Source of the DNA: Escherichia phage BP32
Direction: 5' to 3' (one strand)
Sequence record: OR906198.1
Length of the DNA: 64,000 nt
Shown here: positions 23,658 to 32,174 of the stretch, piece after piece
How positions within the stretch are numbered: position 1 is the first letter of the stretch
Layout of the letters: every line of letters starts with the position of its first letter
The notes under the pieces: model-generated
Databases searched by the model: none
Told to the model about the DNA's origin: nothing
The model's input: only the letters and a program-made list of their open reading frames with translations
Program-made: the position numbers and the translations under genes

Positions 23658-24323
23658 ATGCATTTTTATCTTTATAAAATAACAAATAAAATTAATAATA
23701 AAATTTATATTGGTGTGCATTCTACCGAAAATTTAGATGATGGATATATGGGTTCTGGTAAATTATTAAAAAGAGCCCAAGATAAGTATGGTATAGAAAA
23801 TTTTTCTAAAGAAATATTAGAGTATTTTGATGATAAAGAATCTATGCTTGAAGCCGAGAAAAATATTGTCACAGAAGAGTTTTTAAATAGACCAGATGTG
23901 TATAATTTAAAACTTGGCGGTGAAGGTGGATGGGACCATATAAATATTCCTGGGATGCTAAACCAGAAGAAAGATGCTAGCTTAAAAGGAGCTAAATCGT
24001 TTAAATCACGTTTTGAAAATGATATTTTACTTCAAGAAAAATATCGTAAAATTGGTTCAAATGTATTTAAACGTTTGTGGTCAACTCCTGAATACAAGGA
24101 AAAATTTTTAAATAATAGCAGATTTTTAAATAAGCATCATACTCCTGAAACTATTAATAAAATGAAAGAAATTCACGCTAAAAATAATCATCAGAAAGGA
24201 GAAAAGAATTCCCAATTTGGTATGATGTGGATTCATTCATTAGATGAAAAAGTTTCTAAACGTATTAAGAAAACTGACCCAATTCCAGAAGGATGGTTTA
24301 AAGGTCGAAAAATGAAATTTTAA
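23658..24323 (+). CDS. segB: GIY-YIG homing endonuclease SegB
   Basis: 221 aa from ATG 23658 (ORF track start 23550 would overlap tRNA-Tyr); GIY-YIG motif YLYKITNKINNKIYIGVHS; embedded in tRNA cluster. Confidence 0.8.
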   Translation: MHFYLYKITNKINNKIYIGVHSTENLDDGYMGSGKLLKRAQDKYGIENFSKEILEYFDDKESMLEAEKNIVTEEFLNRPDVYNLKLGGEGGWDHINIPGMLNQKKDASLKGAKSFKSRFENDILLQEKYRKIGSNVFKRLWSTPEYKEKFLNNSRFLNKHHTPETINKMKEIHAKNNHQKGEKNSQFGMMWIHSLDEKVSKRIKKTDPIPEGWFKGRKMKF

Positions 24324-24326
24324 TTA

Positions 24327-24402
24327 CGGGGCATAGCTCAGAAGGAAGAGCAAGGACCTTCTAAGTCCTAGGTCGTAGGTTCGATCCCTACTGCCTCGAC
24401 CA
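24327..24402 (+). tRNA. tRNA-Arg (anticodon UCU)
   Basis: acceptor CGGGGCA/TGCCTCG, anticodon loop cuUCUaa, T-arm GTAGGTTCGATCCCTAC, encoded CCA. Confidence 0.85.
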
Positions 24403-24418
24403 ATTAAGTGAGGAAAAT

Positions 24419-24769
24419 ATGAAAGGTAATGTTTATTTAGTAGTTCATGATTTAACATTCTATTTTAATCACAATGATACTGTTATTTCTGAACGTGTAA
24501 TTAATTTACTTTATCAGCATGCAGATTATGTTTATGTCGAAAACGAATACGGTCATTGGCAATTTCTCAAAAATCGTTCATTTGGTTTAGATGGTTACGA
24601 ATATTTTGAACGTAAAGACCTTTTAGATAAAATTCCGTTATCTACACAATATCAAAATCATAAGTCTTTATATAAATGCCGTCCAATTCGAAATGCTGAA
24701 TCTGCGTATGAAGCAATTGATTTATGGCGTAAACGCCGTGAACAGATTGATGCATTAAAAGAATATTAA
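24419..24769 (+). CDS. hypothetical protein
   Basis: 116-aa ORF with GAGGAAAA RBS directly after tRNA-Arg. Confidence 0.6.
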   Translation: MKGNVYLVVHDLTFYFNHNDTVISERVINLLYQHADYVYVENEYGHWQFLKNRSFGLDGYEYFERKDLLDKIPLSTQYQNHKSLYKCRPIRNAESAYEAIDLWRKRREQIDALKEY

Positions 24770-25107
24770 GAAGCCGGGTCGCTACCGGTAAGTCGTCGGA
24801 CTGATGTTCCCTGGGTAAGGACTGGCATTAACAAATCTTTACGATCTGTTAATGTCCCCTTACATCACAGCAGAAACGGCGCACCGAATTATCGATTCGA
24901 GGAAATATCTTTGCCGTAAGCCGAGTAGCGTTTTTGACGGAACGTTCGGATATGGTCGAGATATGGCCTTTTAAAATATTGAGTAGCGTCAACTGCTTAA
25001 TAACCGGGTTCGAATCCCGGCGTTTCGTACAAACACTTGCCTTAGCAGGTGGAACCCCGACAAGGTTGCCGCAAGGCTTAGCCCCAGCCGAAAGGTTGGG
25101 GCTTTTT
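24770..25107 (+). ncRNA. structured non-coding region; candidate stable small RNA(s) (T4 rnaC/rnaD-like position)
   Basis: about 340 nt, GC-richer than surroundings, no credible ORF; tRNA-like T-arm CCGGGTTCGAATCCCGG at 25004-25020; ends in GNRA-loop terminator. Confidence 0.35.
25081..25107 (+). terminator. intrinsic terminator
   Basis: GCCCCAGCC-GAAA-GGTTGGGGC stem-loop followed by TTTTT. Confidence 0.6.
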
Positions 25108-25241
25108 GATATCTAGGCCTTTCTGGACCTCTCTAGGCATCATTTAGTTTATACCCTTTATAATATATTATCCTATCCTTTAATTGCCCATCCCTGCCCT
25201 AGAATTCCCTAAAACTTTTTAAAAATTTTTTCACAAAACTG

Positions 25242-25270
25242 TTTACACCCTTGTCATTCCATGGTACTAT
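25242..25270 (+). promoter_or_regulatory. T4-type early promoter
   Basis: -35 TTTACA, 17-bp spacer, -10 TACTAT; shares identical 21-nt GGTACTATACAACTATCAACT with promoters at 40499 and 41938. Confidence 0.65.
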
Positions 25271-25312
25271 ACAACTATCAACTACTGATACAAAAACAAC
25301 TTGGAGAATGAA

Positions 25313-25576
25313 ATGGATAATTACGGCGAACTGTTCAACTTCTTTATGAAATGCGTTTCAGAAGATTTCGGTCGTACAGTGAATGATATTAAAGTTATCG
25401 GTCCTGATCATCCGATGTTTGAAACTTACGCAGTAATGGGTAATGAAGATGGTCAGTGGTATACTGTAAAGGTTGTGATTAACATGTTCACTGCTGAAGG
25501 TTATGTTAAACTGTCTTCTAAAGTTTACCATGATAACGACGAAATCGCAGAAGAATATTTTAATAATATGAAATAA
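25313..25576 (+). CDS. hypothetical early protein
   Basis: ORF track starts at TTG 25301; ATG 25313 behind GGAGA RBS gives 87 aa. Confidence 0.6.
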   Translation: MDNYGELFNFFMKCVSEDFGRTVNDIKVIGPDHPMFETYAVMGNEDGQWYTVKVVINMFTAEGYVKLSSKVYHDNDEIAEEYFNNMK

Positions 25577-25577
25577 G

Positions 25578-25612
25578 TTTACATAGGCTCATGATTGAGA
25601 TATTATGAGCCT
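25578..25612 (+). promoter_or_regulatory. T4-type early promoter with overlapping hairpin (PeSL-like)
   Basis: -35 TTTACA (25578-83), 17-bp spacer, -10 TATTAT (25601-06); 8-bp inverted repeat AGGCTCAT/ATGAGCCT (25585-92, 25605-12). Confidence 0.55.
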
Positions 25613-25631
25613 ATAATTTGAGGAAACTGTT

Positions 25632-26162
25632 ATGTCTCTTTATACCGAACTGAATGAAACTTCCGAAAAATCTTTTGATGGTATCTTATCAATAATGCAA
25701 AAGCAGGTATTAGAACAGCTTAGTGAAGCCGCAAGCAACGGACATAAGGCTTGTCGAATCCCAAGCCCACATCGTCGCCTGTATGAACGCCCTCTTATTA
25801 ATTGGCTAGAAAGCGAAGGTCTTACGGTTAAGATTTGTCCTGCCAAATTTGATATCCCACGTATTCTTAATATTTACTGGGATAAACCGATTGAGAAACC
25901 GATTGAGAAAAGTGACCCTTGGGTTGTTAATGTAAAAACATATGATAATGGATGCTCACTTGAGGTGTCTGCTGTAATTAAAGGCACTCACGGTGAAAAA
26001 TCGTGGGGTTGGCCTGGTAAAGATAAAGAAATCGTGTTAAGTGTAAAAGCTACTAGTATTAGTACTCCTATAGCTAAAAGCATTATCGCCGCCGCTGTTG
26101 AAGAAGCTGAACGAATTTGTAAAATTAAAAATAGTTTACATCTCTTAAATAGCATGATATAA
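25632..26162 (+). CDS. hypothetical protein
   Basis: 176-aa ORF; contains 12-bp tandem duplication (PIEKPIEK) at 25887-25910. Confidence 0.65.
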   Translation: MSLYTELNETSEKSFDGILSIMQKQVLEQLSEAASNGHKACRIPSPHRRLYERPLINWLESEGLTVKICPAKFDIPRILNIYWDKPIEKPIEKSDPWVVNVKTYDNGCSLEVSAVIKGTHGEKSWGWPGKDKEIVLSVKATSISTPIAKSIIAAAVEEAERICKIKNSLHLLNSMI

Positions 26163-26205
26163 TTCTTCCACAGATTTTAATTTTTAATCAACCTAAGGAA
26201 ATACT

Positions 26206-26799
26206 ATGAACACACTGAAGAAAATTGTTGAGTTTATTCGCACTAAACTTGGTTCTGCTATGGCTAAAAATCTATCTGTTGAAGAACAGTATACTGCTGC
26301 AGCAGCAAAACTACTTGATAAAATTAAAGATCTAAAAACTGCTTCTGTTAAATCTATTAATGAAGAAAAACGTATTCGTGAACTTGTTATCGAAAAGAAT
26401 CGACAGGCCGAATCAAAAGAGCGTGAAATTCGTAAACTTCTTTCCGAAGGTCAAGATGTAACAATGCATGCTAAACTCGGTTTGCTATATCGTCGAACAG
26501 CTGAGCAGTTGACTACTAAAGCTGATGGTTATGCTGAAATGCGAATTGAAATCGCCAAGAAAGTAGTTGAGTTAGATGATGCTCGTCAAGAACTTGCGGT
26601 TAAATTGGAATATATCCGTGAAACTCGTGCGGCAAATGCCCTTGGAATTAGTACTGCCGATGATGTAGTTGAAATCGCAGCACTGACTAAAGTTGATATT
26701 GAAGATACTCTTGCTCGAGTTGAAACCTTTAACGGTAATATTTCTGGGGTTGAAACTACCTCTGCCGATGTTCAGGAATACATTAATTCTCTGAAATAA
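26206..26799 (+). CDS. coiled-coil protein (possible PspA/IM30-like)
   Basis: 197 aa, amphipathic N-terminus then heptad-rich helices; similarity to PspA is impression only. Confidence 0.6.
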   Translation: MNTLKKIVEFIRTKLGSAMAKNLSVEEQYTAAAAKLLDKIKDLKTASVKSINEEKRIRELVIEKNRQAESKEREIRKLLSEGQDVTMHAKLGLLYRRTAEQLTTKADGYAEMRIEIAKKVVELDDARQELAVKLEYIRETRAANALGISTADDVVEIAALTKVDIEDTLARVETFNGNISGVETTSADVQEYINSLK

Positions 26800-26803
26800 T
26801 GAT

Positions 26804-26821
26804 AAGGGGCTTCGGCCCCTT
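26804..26821 (+). terminator. UUCG-tetraloop stem-loop (weak terminator or stability element)
   Basis: AAGGGGC-TTCG-GCCCCTT directly after stop codon; no strong U-run. Confidence 0.4.
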
Positions 26822-26840
26822 ATACTTGGAGTAAATAGGA

Positions 26841-27455
26841 ATGAAAATGAAAATGCAAAGTGATTTCAATTCAATGTTTGAAGAGTTCCAAAGACAGGTT
26901 GATGTTCCAGACCAATTACTAAATGCTCTTAAACGTATGGCAGAAGGACGTAATTACTATTGGGGGTCTTCATATGAAACTGATGAAAGTCTTTCTGGAA
27001 GATTTTCTAGAGGTAAAAAGTCTTTAATACGTCCTGGAATACTCATTAACAGTATTGAATCAATTCATTCATTGACGTGTGATTTTGATGTTGAATTTAC
27101 TGATTTCATTTCTCCTGAATGGACAGTTTGTTATTTAAATGACGATTATGATTATCTTGGCGTTTATAGTTTAAGTGACGCATGGTTTAAACGTAATTTA
27201 CAAAAGTCAAATTTATTTTATATTGATACTACGGTAAAATTTCAGGGAAAGAAATATTTCTTTACTCTTATAGTTGACTCTGAAACAAAATATGAAAATA
27301 AGCGTATTCTTAATAAAAGGAATATCTTGACTATTATTGATGATCTTTTTGATAAATTCGTGGAAAATCCCAATTTTGAAAGCGATTTATTACTAGAAAA
27401 ATTTGTTAAGGAATGTAGAGAATATGTCAAAGCCATCACTATACCTTCCAAGTAA
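26841..27455 (+). CDS. hypothetical protein
   Basis: 204-aa ORF; C-terminus EKFVKECREY encodes the RBS of the next gene. Confidence 0.65.
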   Translation: MKMKMQSDFNSMFEEFQRQVDVPDQLLNALKRMAEGRNYYWGSSYETDESLSGRFSRGKKSLIRPGILINSIESIHSLTCDFDVEFTDFISPEWTVCYLNDDYDYLGVYSLSDAWFKRNLQKSNLFYIDTTVKFQGKKYFFTLIVDSETKYENKRILNKRNILTIIDDLFDKFVENPNFESDLLLEKFVKECREYVKAITIPSK

Positions 27456-27804
27456 ACCTTTGAAGTATGAACCAAAGCACCAGATAATTTCTACCGATGT
27501 ATTAATGGGTCCTGTTGTAGTTGTATCATTTATAGCTGGAATGGTTATAGACGTTATGACTGCTAATAAATTTGATGTAATATTTGTGTCAACACTAATT
27601 CTTCCAATGATAGTTCCATTTTTATTAGTACCTGTAAATTGGGTAGGATACTGGTATCAAGGAAGACATTATCGTAAACGCGTACGTGAATGGAAAGCTC
27701 AGTGTAAAAAGATTAAAAAGGAACACCAGCTTAAACTAGATATGTATGAATTTAACGAAATTATGAAATTTGTTAAGGAATCACGATGCAAAAGCCAAAA
27801 CTAA
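27424..27804 (+). CDS. small membrane protein, paralog family member A
   Basis: ORF track starts at TTG 27403; ATG 27424 gives 126 aa; two hydrophobic helices; C-terminal FVKESRCK. Confidence 0.6.
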   Translation: MSKPSLYLPSKPLKYEPKHQIISTDVLMGPVVVVSFIAGMVIDVMTANKFDVIFVSTLILPMIVPFLLVPVNWVGYWYQGRHYRKRVREWKAQCKKIKKEHQLKLDMYEFNEIMKFVKESRCKSQN

Positions 27805-28148
27805 ATAAAGTCAAATATTCGTTTCCTGAGGTATTATTAATTCTTGCCGTATCAGTATTTGCAGCTCTTGCGGGTAGTCTTATTGGATTAATGATTGATT
27901 GTATTATTTTAAACATCGATGGTTCAGCAATTATAACAGAGGTTTGGAGTGAACTTCGTTTTACTATAGCGATTTCATTATTTTCATTCTTTGGCACTAT
28001 ACTATATTTTCATTATGATAATTTTAACATAAATTGGCAAAGAAAAAAGGATTACAAAATACAATTAAAAGAATACAATAGCTACATGTCTTATATTGAA
28101 AATGAATCAATGAAAGAGTTTGTGAGCGATTGCAGGAAAATTAAATGA
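27786..28148 (+). CDS. small membrane protein, paralog family member B
   Basis: 120 aa; two TM helices; C-terminal EFVSDCRKIK; overlaps upstream and downstream genes. Confidence 0.6.
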   Translation: MQKPKLNKVKYSFPEVLLILAVSVFAALAGSLIGLMIDCIILNIDGSAIITEVWSELRFTIAISLFSFFGTILYFHYDNFNINWQRKKDYKIQLKEYNSYMSYIENESMKEFVSDCRKIK

Positions 28149-28633
28149 TTTTAAAAACTCGCTGGTATGATTTAGATGATGGGGATGATGGCATTTCAGT
28201 TGATAGAGTTGACTGGAATGGCTGTTCCGAAGATATGAAAAATTTGTTGATTAGGGAGTTTAGAATGGGATATCAACCAGTTAAGCCATCTACTGCAACA
28301 GATGATAAATTCGTGTGTATTTATAATGGTCGCGCTAAGTTAACGAACGCTGATTGGTTCACAGATAAGATTATGATTCTGTGGTATATTATTAGTCTTC
28401 CTGTGACATCATTCGTATTTTACTTTTTTATAAAAAATCCAATGGACAGAATAGGAGATTGGATTCTTTTAACCATACTTGTTAATATTTTTACAGCAGC
28501 AATATTATCTGGGATATGGTACACGTTCATTGAAATGCCATGGCGGCTACGCAGACAACAAAAGATTTTTGATGAAAAGAAATATACTCAAAATTTAAAT
28601 AACTTTATCACTGAATGCAGGAAATTAAAATGA
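28145..28633 (+). CDS. small membrane protein, paralog family member C
   Basis: 162 aa; two TM helices; C-terminal NFITECRKLK; ATGA overlaps at both ends. Confidence 0.6.
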   Translation: MILKTRWYDLDDGDDGISVDRVDWNGCSEDMKNLLIREFRMGYQPVKPSTATDDKFVCIYNGRAKLTNADWFTDKIMILWYIISLPVTSFVFYFFIKNPMDRIGDWILLTILVNIFTAAILSGIWYTFIEMPWRLRRQQKIFDEKKYTQNLNNFITECRKLK

Positions 28634-29070
28634 AAACATTATCGGCTGGTATTATCTTTATGACAGAAGATAAAGATTTATTTATGGGTCGGGTTACTGG
28701 TTCTCGTAAGCCTGGAATGATGGCACATCGCTGGGATATCCCAAAGGGCCGCGTAGAAAATTCTGATTTAAACGCACTAGATGCAGCACGAAGAGAATGT
28801 TTAGAAGAGACTGGTTTTAGCAATTATAATCCAGACCTTCTAGAAGACCTAGGTGTATTTAAATATTCTAGTAATAAAGACTTACAGTTATTTTATTATA
28901 CGATTCCAGTAGAGCATGAGATGTTTAGAAATTGCCATTGCGAGTCTTATTTTGAAAATAAAGATGGCGTTATGATTCCAGAGATGGATGCTTTTGCTCT
29001 TATTCCTCGTACTCAGTGGCAATATGTGATGGGTCCTTCACTTTACCGAATAATGAACAGCCTCTTTTAA
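28630..29070 (+). CDS. nudE: Nudix hydrolase NudE (e.1)
   Basis: Nudix box GRVENSDLNALDAARRECLEETGF; ORF track start 28615, but ATG 28630 has AGGAAA RBS and ATGA coupling (146 aa). Confidence 0.8.
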   Translation: MKTLSAGIIFMTEDKDLFMGRVTGSRKPGMMAHRWDIPKGRVENSDLNALDAARRECLEETGFSNYNPDLLEDLGVFKYSSNKDLQLFYYTIPVEHEMFRNCHCESYFENKDGVMIPEMDAFALIPRTQWQYVMGPSLYRIMNSLF

Positions 29071-29601
<531 letters not shown>

Positions 29602-29606
29602 AGTGG

Positions 29607-29635
29607 TTTACTTTCTCCTAGAATTGTGATAGTAT
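29607..29635 (+). promoter_or_regulatory. T4-type early promoter
   Basis: -35 TTTACT, 17-bp spacer, -10 TAGTAT, upstream of denV. Confidence 0.6.
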
Positions 29636-29660
29636 ATTCACAGTTACTTGGAGGGATAAA

Positions 29661-30077
29661 ATGACTCGTATTAATTTGACTTTAGTATCTGAACTTGCTG
29701 ATCAACATTTAATCGCAGAATACCGTGAATTGCCACGCGTTTTTGGTATAGTTCGTAAACACGTGGCAAATGGTAAGCGGGTTAAAGATTTTAAAATATC
29801 TTCCGAGTTTATTTTAGGTTCTGGTCATGTTACGTTCTTTTACGACAAGTTAGAATTTTTGCGAAAGCGTCAATCAGACATTATAATGGAATGCTTAAAA
29901 CGTGGGTTTAGTATAAAAGATACTGAAGTTCCTGACATCAGCGATATTCCAGCAGAATGGAAAAATGATTATAATCCATGCAAATCAGCTATTAAATTGA
30001 GTCAACAACGACTCGATAAAAAAATTTTAATGAAGCCACACTGGTACAAGTATTACGGCAAAAATATTTACATTTAA
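29661..30077 (+). CDS. denV: endonuclease V (pyrimidine dimer glycosylase)
   Basis: 138 aa, N-terminus [29 protein letters not shown] as T4 DenV. Confidence 0.9.
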   Translation: MTRINLTLVSELADQHLIAEYRELPRVFGIVRKHVANGKRVKDFKISSEFILGSGHVTFFYDKLEFLRKRQSDIIMECLKRGFSIKDTEVPDISDIPAEWKNDYNPCKSAIKLSQQRLDKKILMKPHWYKYYGKNIYI

Positions 30078-30086
30078 AGGAAACAT

Positions 30087-30560
30087 ATGAAAACATATCA
30101 AGAATTTATCACTGAAGCAGCTATTAATTCTCAAATTATTGCTGAATCTTTTACTGATCTTTTGAAATTTAAAAAAGGTCAAAAAATCACTGCTGTATTG
30201 GATGATGGTACAGAAGTTGAGATGGATGTACAGGGATATAATTATGCAGTAGATGGAAAACTGTATAATAAATCCCATGCTAAATTTGATTCATTTGACG
30301 ACTTTGTTAATACAGTTGAAGATGAAAAAACTCGTAGATCAATTTCAACTGGTGATGCTAAGGTTCTTATGGCACACGGTCATGAACGTATTCGCGCTAA
30401 ACAGAATAAAATGGGTGAAGATAATTTCGCATTAGTTGGTTATCAATCTGGTAAACAAACTTATGGCTATCAGCGTACTGCTACCATGTATAATAAAAAT
30501 GGTAAAATCGCTTTCGTGAATAGTAAAGGTTCTATTCAGTACGTCAAATCATTCAAATAA
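30087..30560 (+). CDS. internal-protein-like ORF with capsid-targeting leader
   Basis: 157 aa; N-terminus MKTYQEFITEA matches the T4 internal-protein targeting consensus with I-x-E cleavage site; body does not match ipII/ipIII as I recall them. Confidence 0.65.
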   Translation: MKTYQEFITEAAINSQIIAESFTDLLKFKKGQKITAVLDDGTEVEMDVQGYNYAVDGKLYNKSHAKFDSFDDFVNTVEDEKTRRSISTGDAKVLMAHGHERIRAKQNKMGEDNFALVGYQSGKQTYGYQRTATMYNKNGKIAFVNSKGSIQYVKSFK

Positions 30561-30713
30561 GCAAATAAGAAATATGGGAACAAGCTGGACCTCATGATTC
30601 TATGAGGGATTCCCGCCAACCTGTAATAAGGTCGAGCCCAAGTGCGGTAATGGGTAAATACAGAAATGGACAATTCACGCGCCATGGAATGGCCCAAATT
30701 TAGAGAGAATAAA

Positions 30714-31256
30714 ATGAGAACATTTTTAACTGGTCCTTATCTATCCCTGATGAATGCTTTTACACACCATTCTGATGCTAGAGTAGAAGAAATTTGTAAT
30801 AGTGGATTTTATGTACCTGATTCGCCACATTTATTTAAAGAATACTGCACACTTCGACTAGATGGTGGACGTCAATCCGGTAAATCAACTGCAGTAACTA
30901 ATTTTGCCGCTAATTGGTTGTATGACGGTGGAACAGTTATTGTTCTTTCTAATACTTCAGCTTACGCTAAAATTTCTGCGGGCCACATTAAAAAAGAATT
31001 TTCACGCTATTCTAATGATGATATTCGATTCCGTTTATTTACTGATTCTGTCCGTAGTTTTGTTGGTAATAGAGGTAGCAAGTTCAGAGGTTTATCGCTT
31101 TCGCGGATTTTGTATATAATCGATGAGCCTGTTAAATCTCCTGATATGGATAAAATTTACGATATTCATATTGAAACTGTGCACCACTGTTGCAATAGTA
31201 AATGCTGCATTGGTGGTATTACTCGTCCACAGTTTTTCATAATCGGAATGCAATGA
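30714..31256 (+). CDS. small P-loop NTPase
   Basis: Walker A GGRQSGKST and Walker B ILYIIDEP; ORF track start 30666, ATG 30714 has AGAGAGAAT RBS (180 aa). Confidence 0.6.
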   Translation: MRTFLTGPYLSLMNAFTHHSDARVEEICNSGFYVPDSPHLFKEYCTLRLDGGRQSGKSTAVTNFAANWLYDGGTVIVLSNTSAYAKISAGHIKKEFSRYSNDDIRFRLFTDSVRSFVGNRGSKFRGLSLSRILYIIDEPVKSPDMDKIYDIHIETVHHCCNSKCCIGGITRPQFFIIGMQ

Positions 31257-31582
31257 TGACAGACACGCAACTTTTCGAATATCTTTATTTTTCGCCAAAA
31301 ACTATTAAAAATAAATTGGTGAATCATTTTGAAATTTTGGCAAATAACAACGTCTTGAGCGAATTTTATCCTAAGCAATACAAATTACAAAAAGGCGTAT
31401 TCAAAGGATGCAGAGTTTTGTGCACTGCTCCTAATGCAAGATTAATGAATAAAATTCCATATTTTACCATGGAATTTATTGATGGACCTTTTAAAGGACT
31501 AATCACCCAAAGTTTAATGGCATATGATTCTGAGCCATTTTTAATTAAAGAGCAATCTTGGATAAATTTATTTTCTAATTGA
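31253..31582 (+). CDS. hypothetical protein
   Basis: 109 aa from ATG 31253, overlapping previous stop. Confidence 0.55.
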   Translation: MMTDTQLFEYLYFSPKTIKNKLVNHFEILANNNVLSEFYPKQYKLQKGVFKGCRVLCTAPNARLMNKIPYFTMEFIDGPFKGLITQSLMAYDSEPFLIKEQSWINLFSN

Positions 31583-31590
31583 GAGGTTAT

Positions 31591-31953
31591 ATGAAAGCAT
31601 ATCAAATTCTTGAAGGCACGCATAAAGGTACTATTTATTTTGAAGACGGTATTCAAGCACGAATTATTGTCTCTAAAACTTTTAAAGAGGACTCTTTTGT
31701 AGACCCAGAAATTTTCTATGGTTTGCATGCCCGTGAAATTGAAATTGAAACACAGCCTACAGTTAAAATTGAGGGTGGTCAACACCTGAACGTAAACGTT
31801 CTGCGTCGTGAAACTCTGGAAGATGCAGTTAAGCATCCGGAAAAATATCCGCAGCTGACCATCCGTGTATCCGGTTATGCAGTTCGCTTTAACTCTCTGA
31901 CTCCGGAACAGCAGCGCGACGTTATCGCTCGTACCTTTACTGAGAGTCTATAA
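31591..31953 (+). CDS. autonomous glycyl radical cofactor (GrcA/YfiD-like)
   Basis: C-terminal glycyl-radical motif [27 protein letters not shown]; start at ATG 31591 (120 aa); I recall a T4 GrcA homolog (Y06I). Confidence 0.8.
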   Translation: MKAYQILEGTHKGTIYFEDGIQARIIVSKTFKEDSFVDPEIFYGLHAREIEIETQPTVKIEGGQHLNVNVLRRETLEDAVKHPEKYPQLTIRVSGYAVRFNSLTPEQQRDVIARTFTESL

Positions 31954-32174
31954 TGGCAAAGATAATTATTGAAGGTTCTAAAGATGTGCTAAATGCTTTC
32001 GCCGAGTGGTTTAGTAATTCAGGCGAACAGCAATTTAATGAAGCGTGGAACATGGGTGATATTAGTGGAATTTATCCTACAACAGAAATTTCTGTTCAGG
32101 GATATGGCATTCATGAACCTATTCGTTTAGTTGAATATGATTTATGTACTGGTGAGGAAGTCAAATATGATTGA
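31953..32174 (+). CDS. hypothetical protein
   Basis: 73-aa ORF, TAATG-coupled to upstream gene. Confidence 0.5.
   Translation: MAKIIIEGSKDVLNAFAEWFSNSGEQQFNEAWNMGDISGIYPTTEISVQGYGIHEPIRLVEYDLCTGEEVKYD

Noticed and set aside
24950-25030. Additional tRNA or tmRNA-like gene around the T-arm-like CCGGGTTCGAATCCCGG
   Set aside because: I could not pair a 7-bp acceptor stem at the correct spacing or find a CCA/discriminator context; reported only as part of the candidate structured RNA
24934-25116. 60-aa plus-strand ORF inside the structured non-coding stretch
   Set aside because: No RBS, GC-rich structured sequence, ends inside a terminator hairpin; more likely RNA than protein
31366-31836. 156-aa minus-strand ORF antisense to the GrcA-like gene and neighbours
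   Set aside because: Antisense to coupled plus-strand genes with clear RBSs and a recognisable motif; low-complexity AT-rich translation; no RBS
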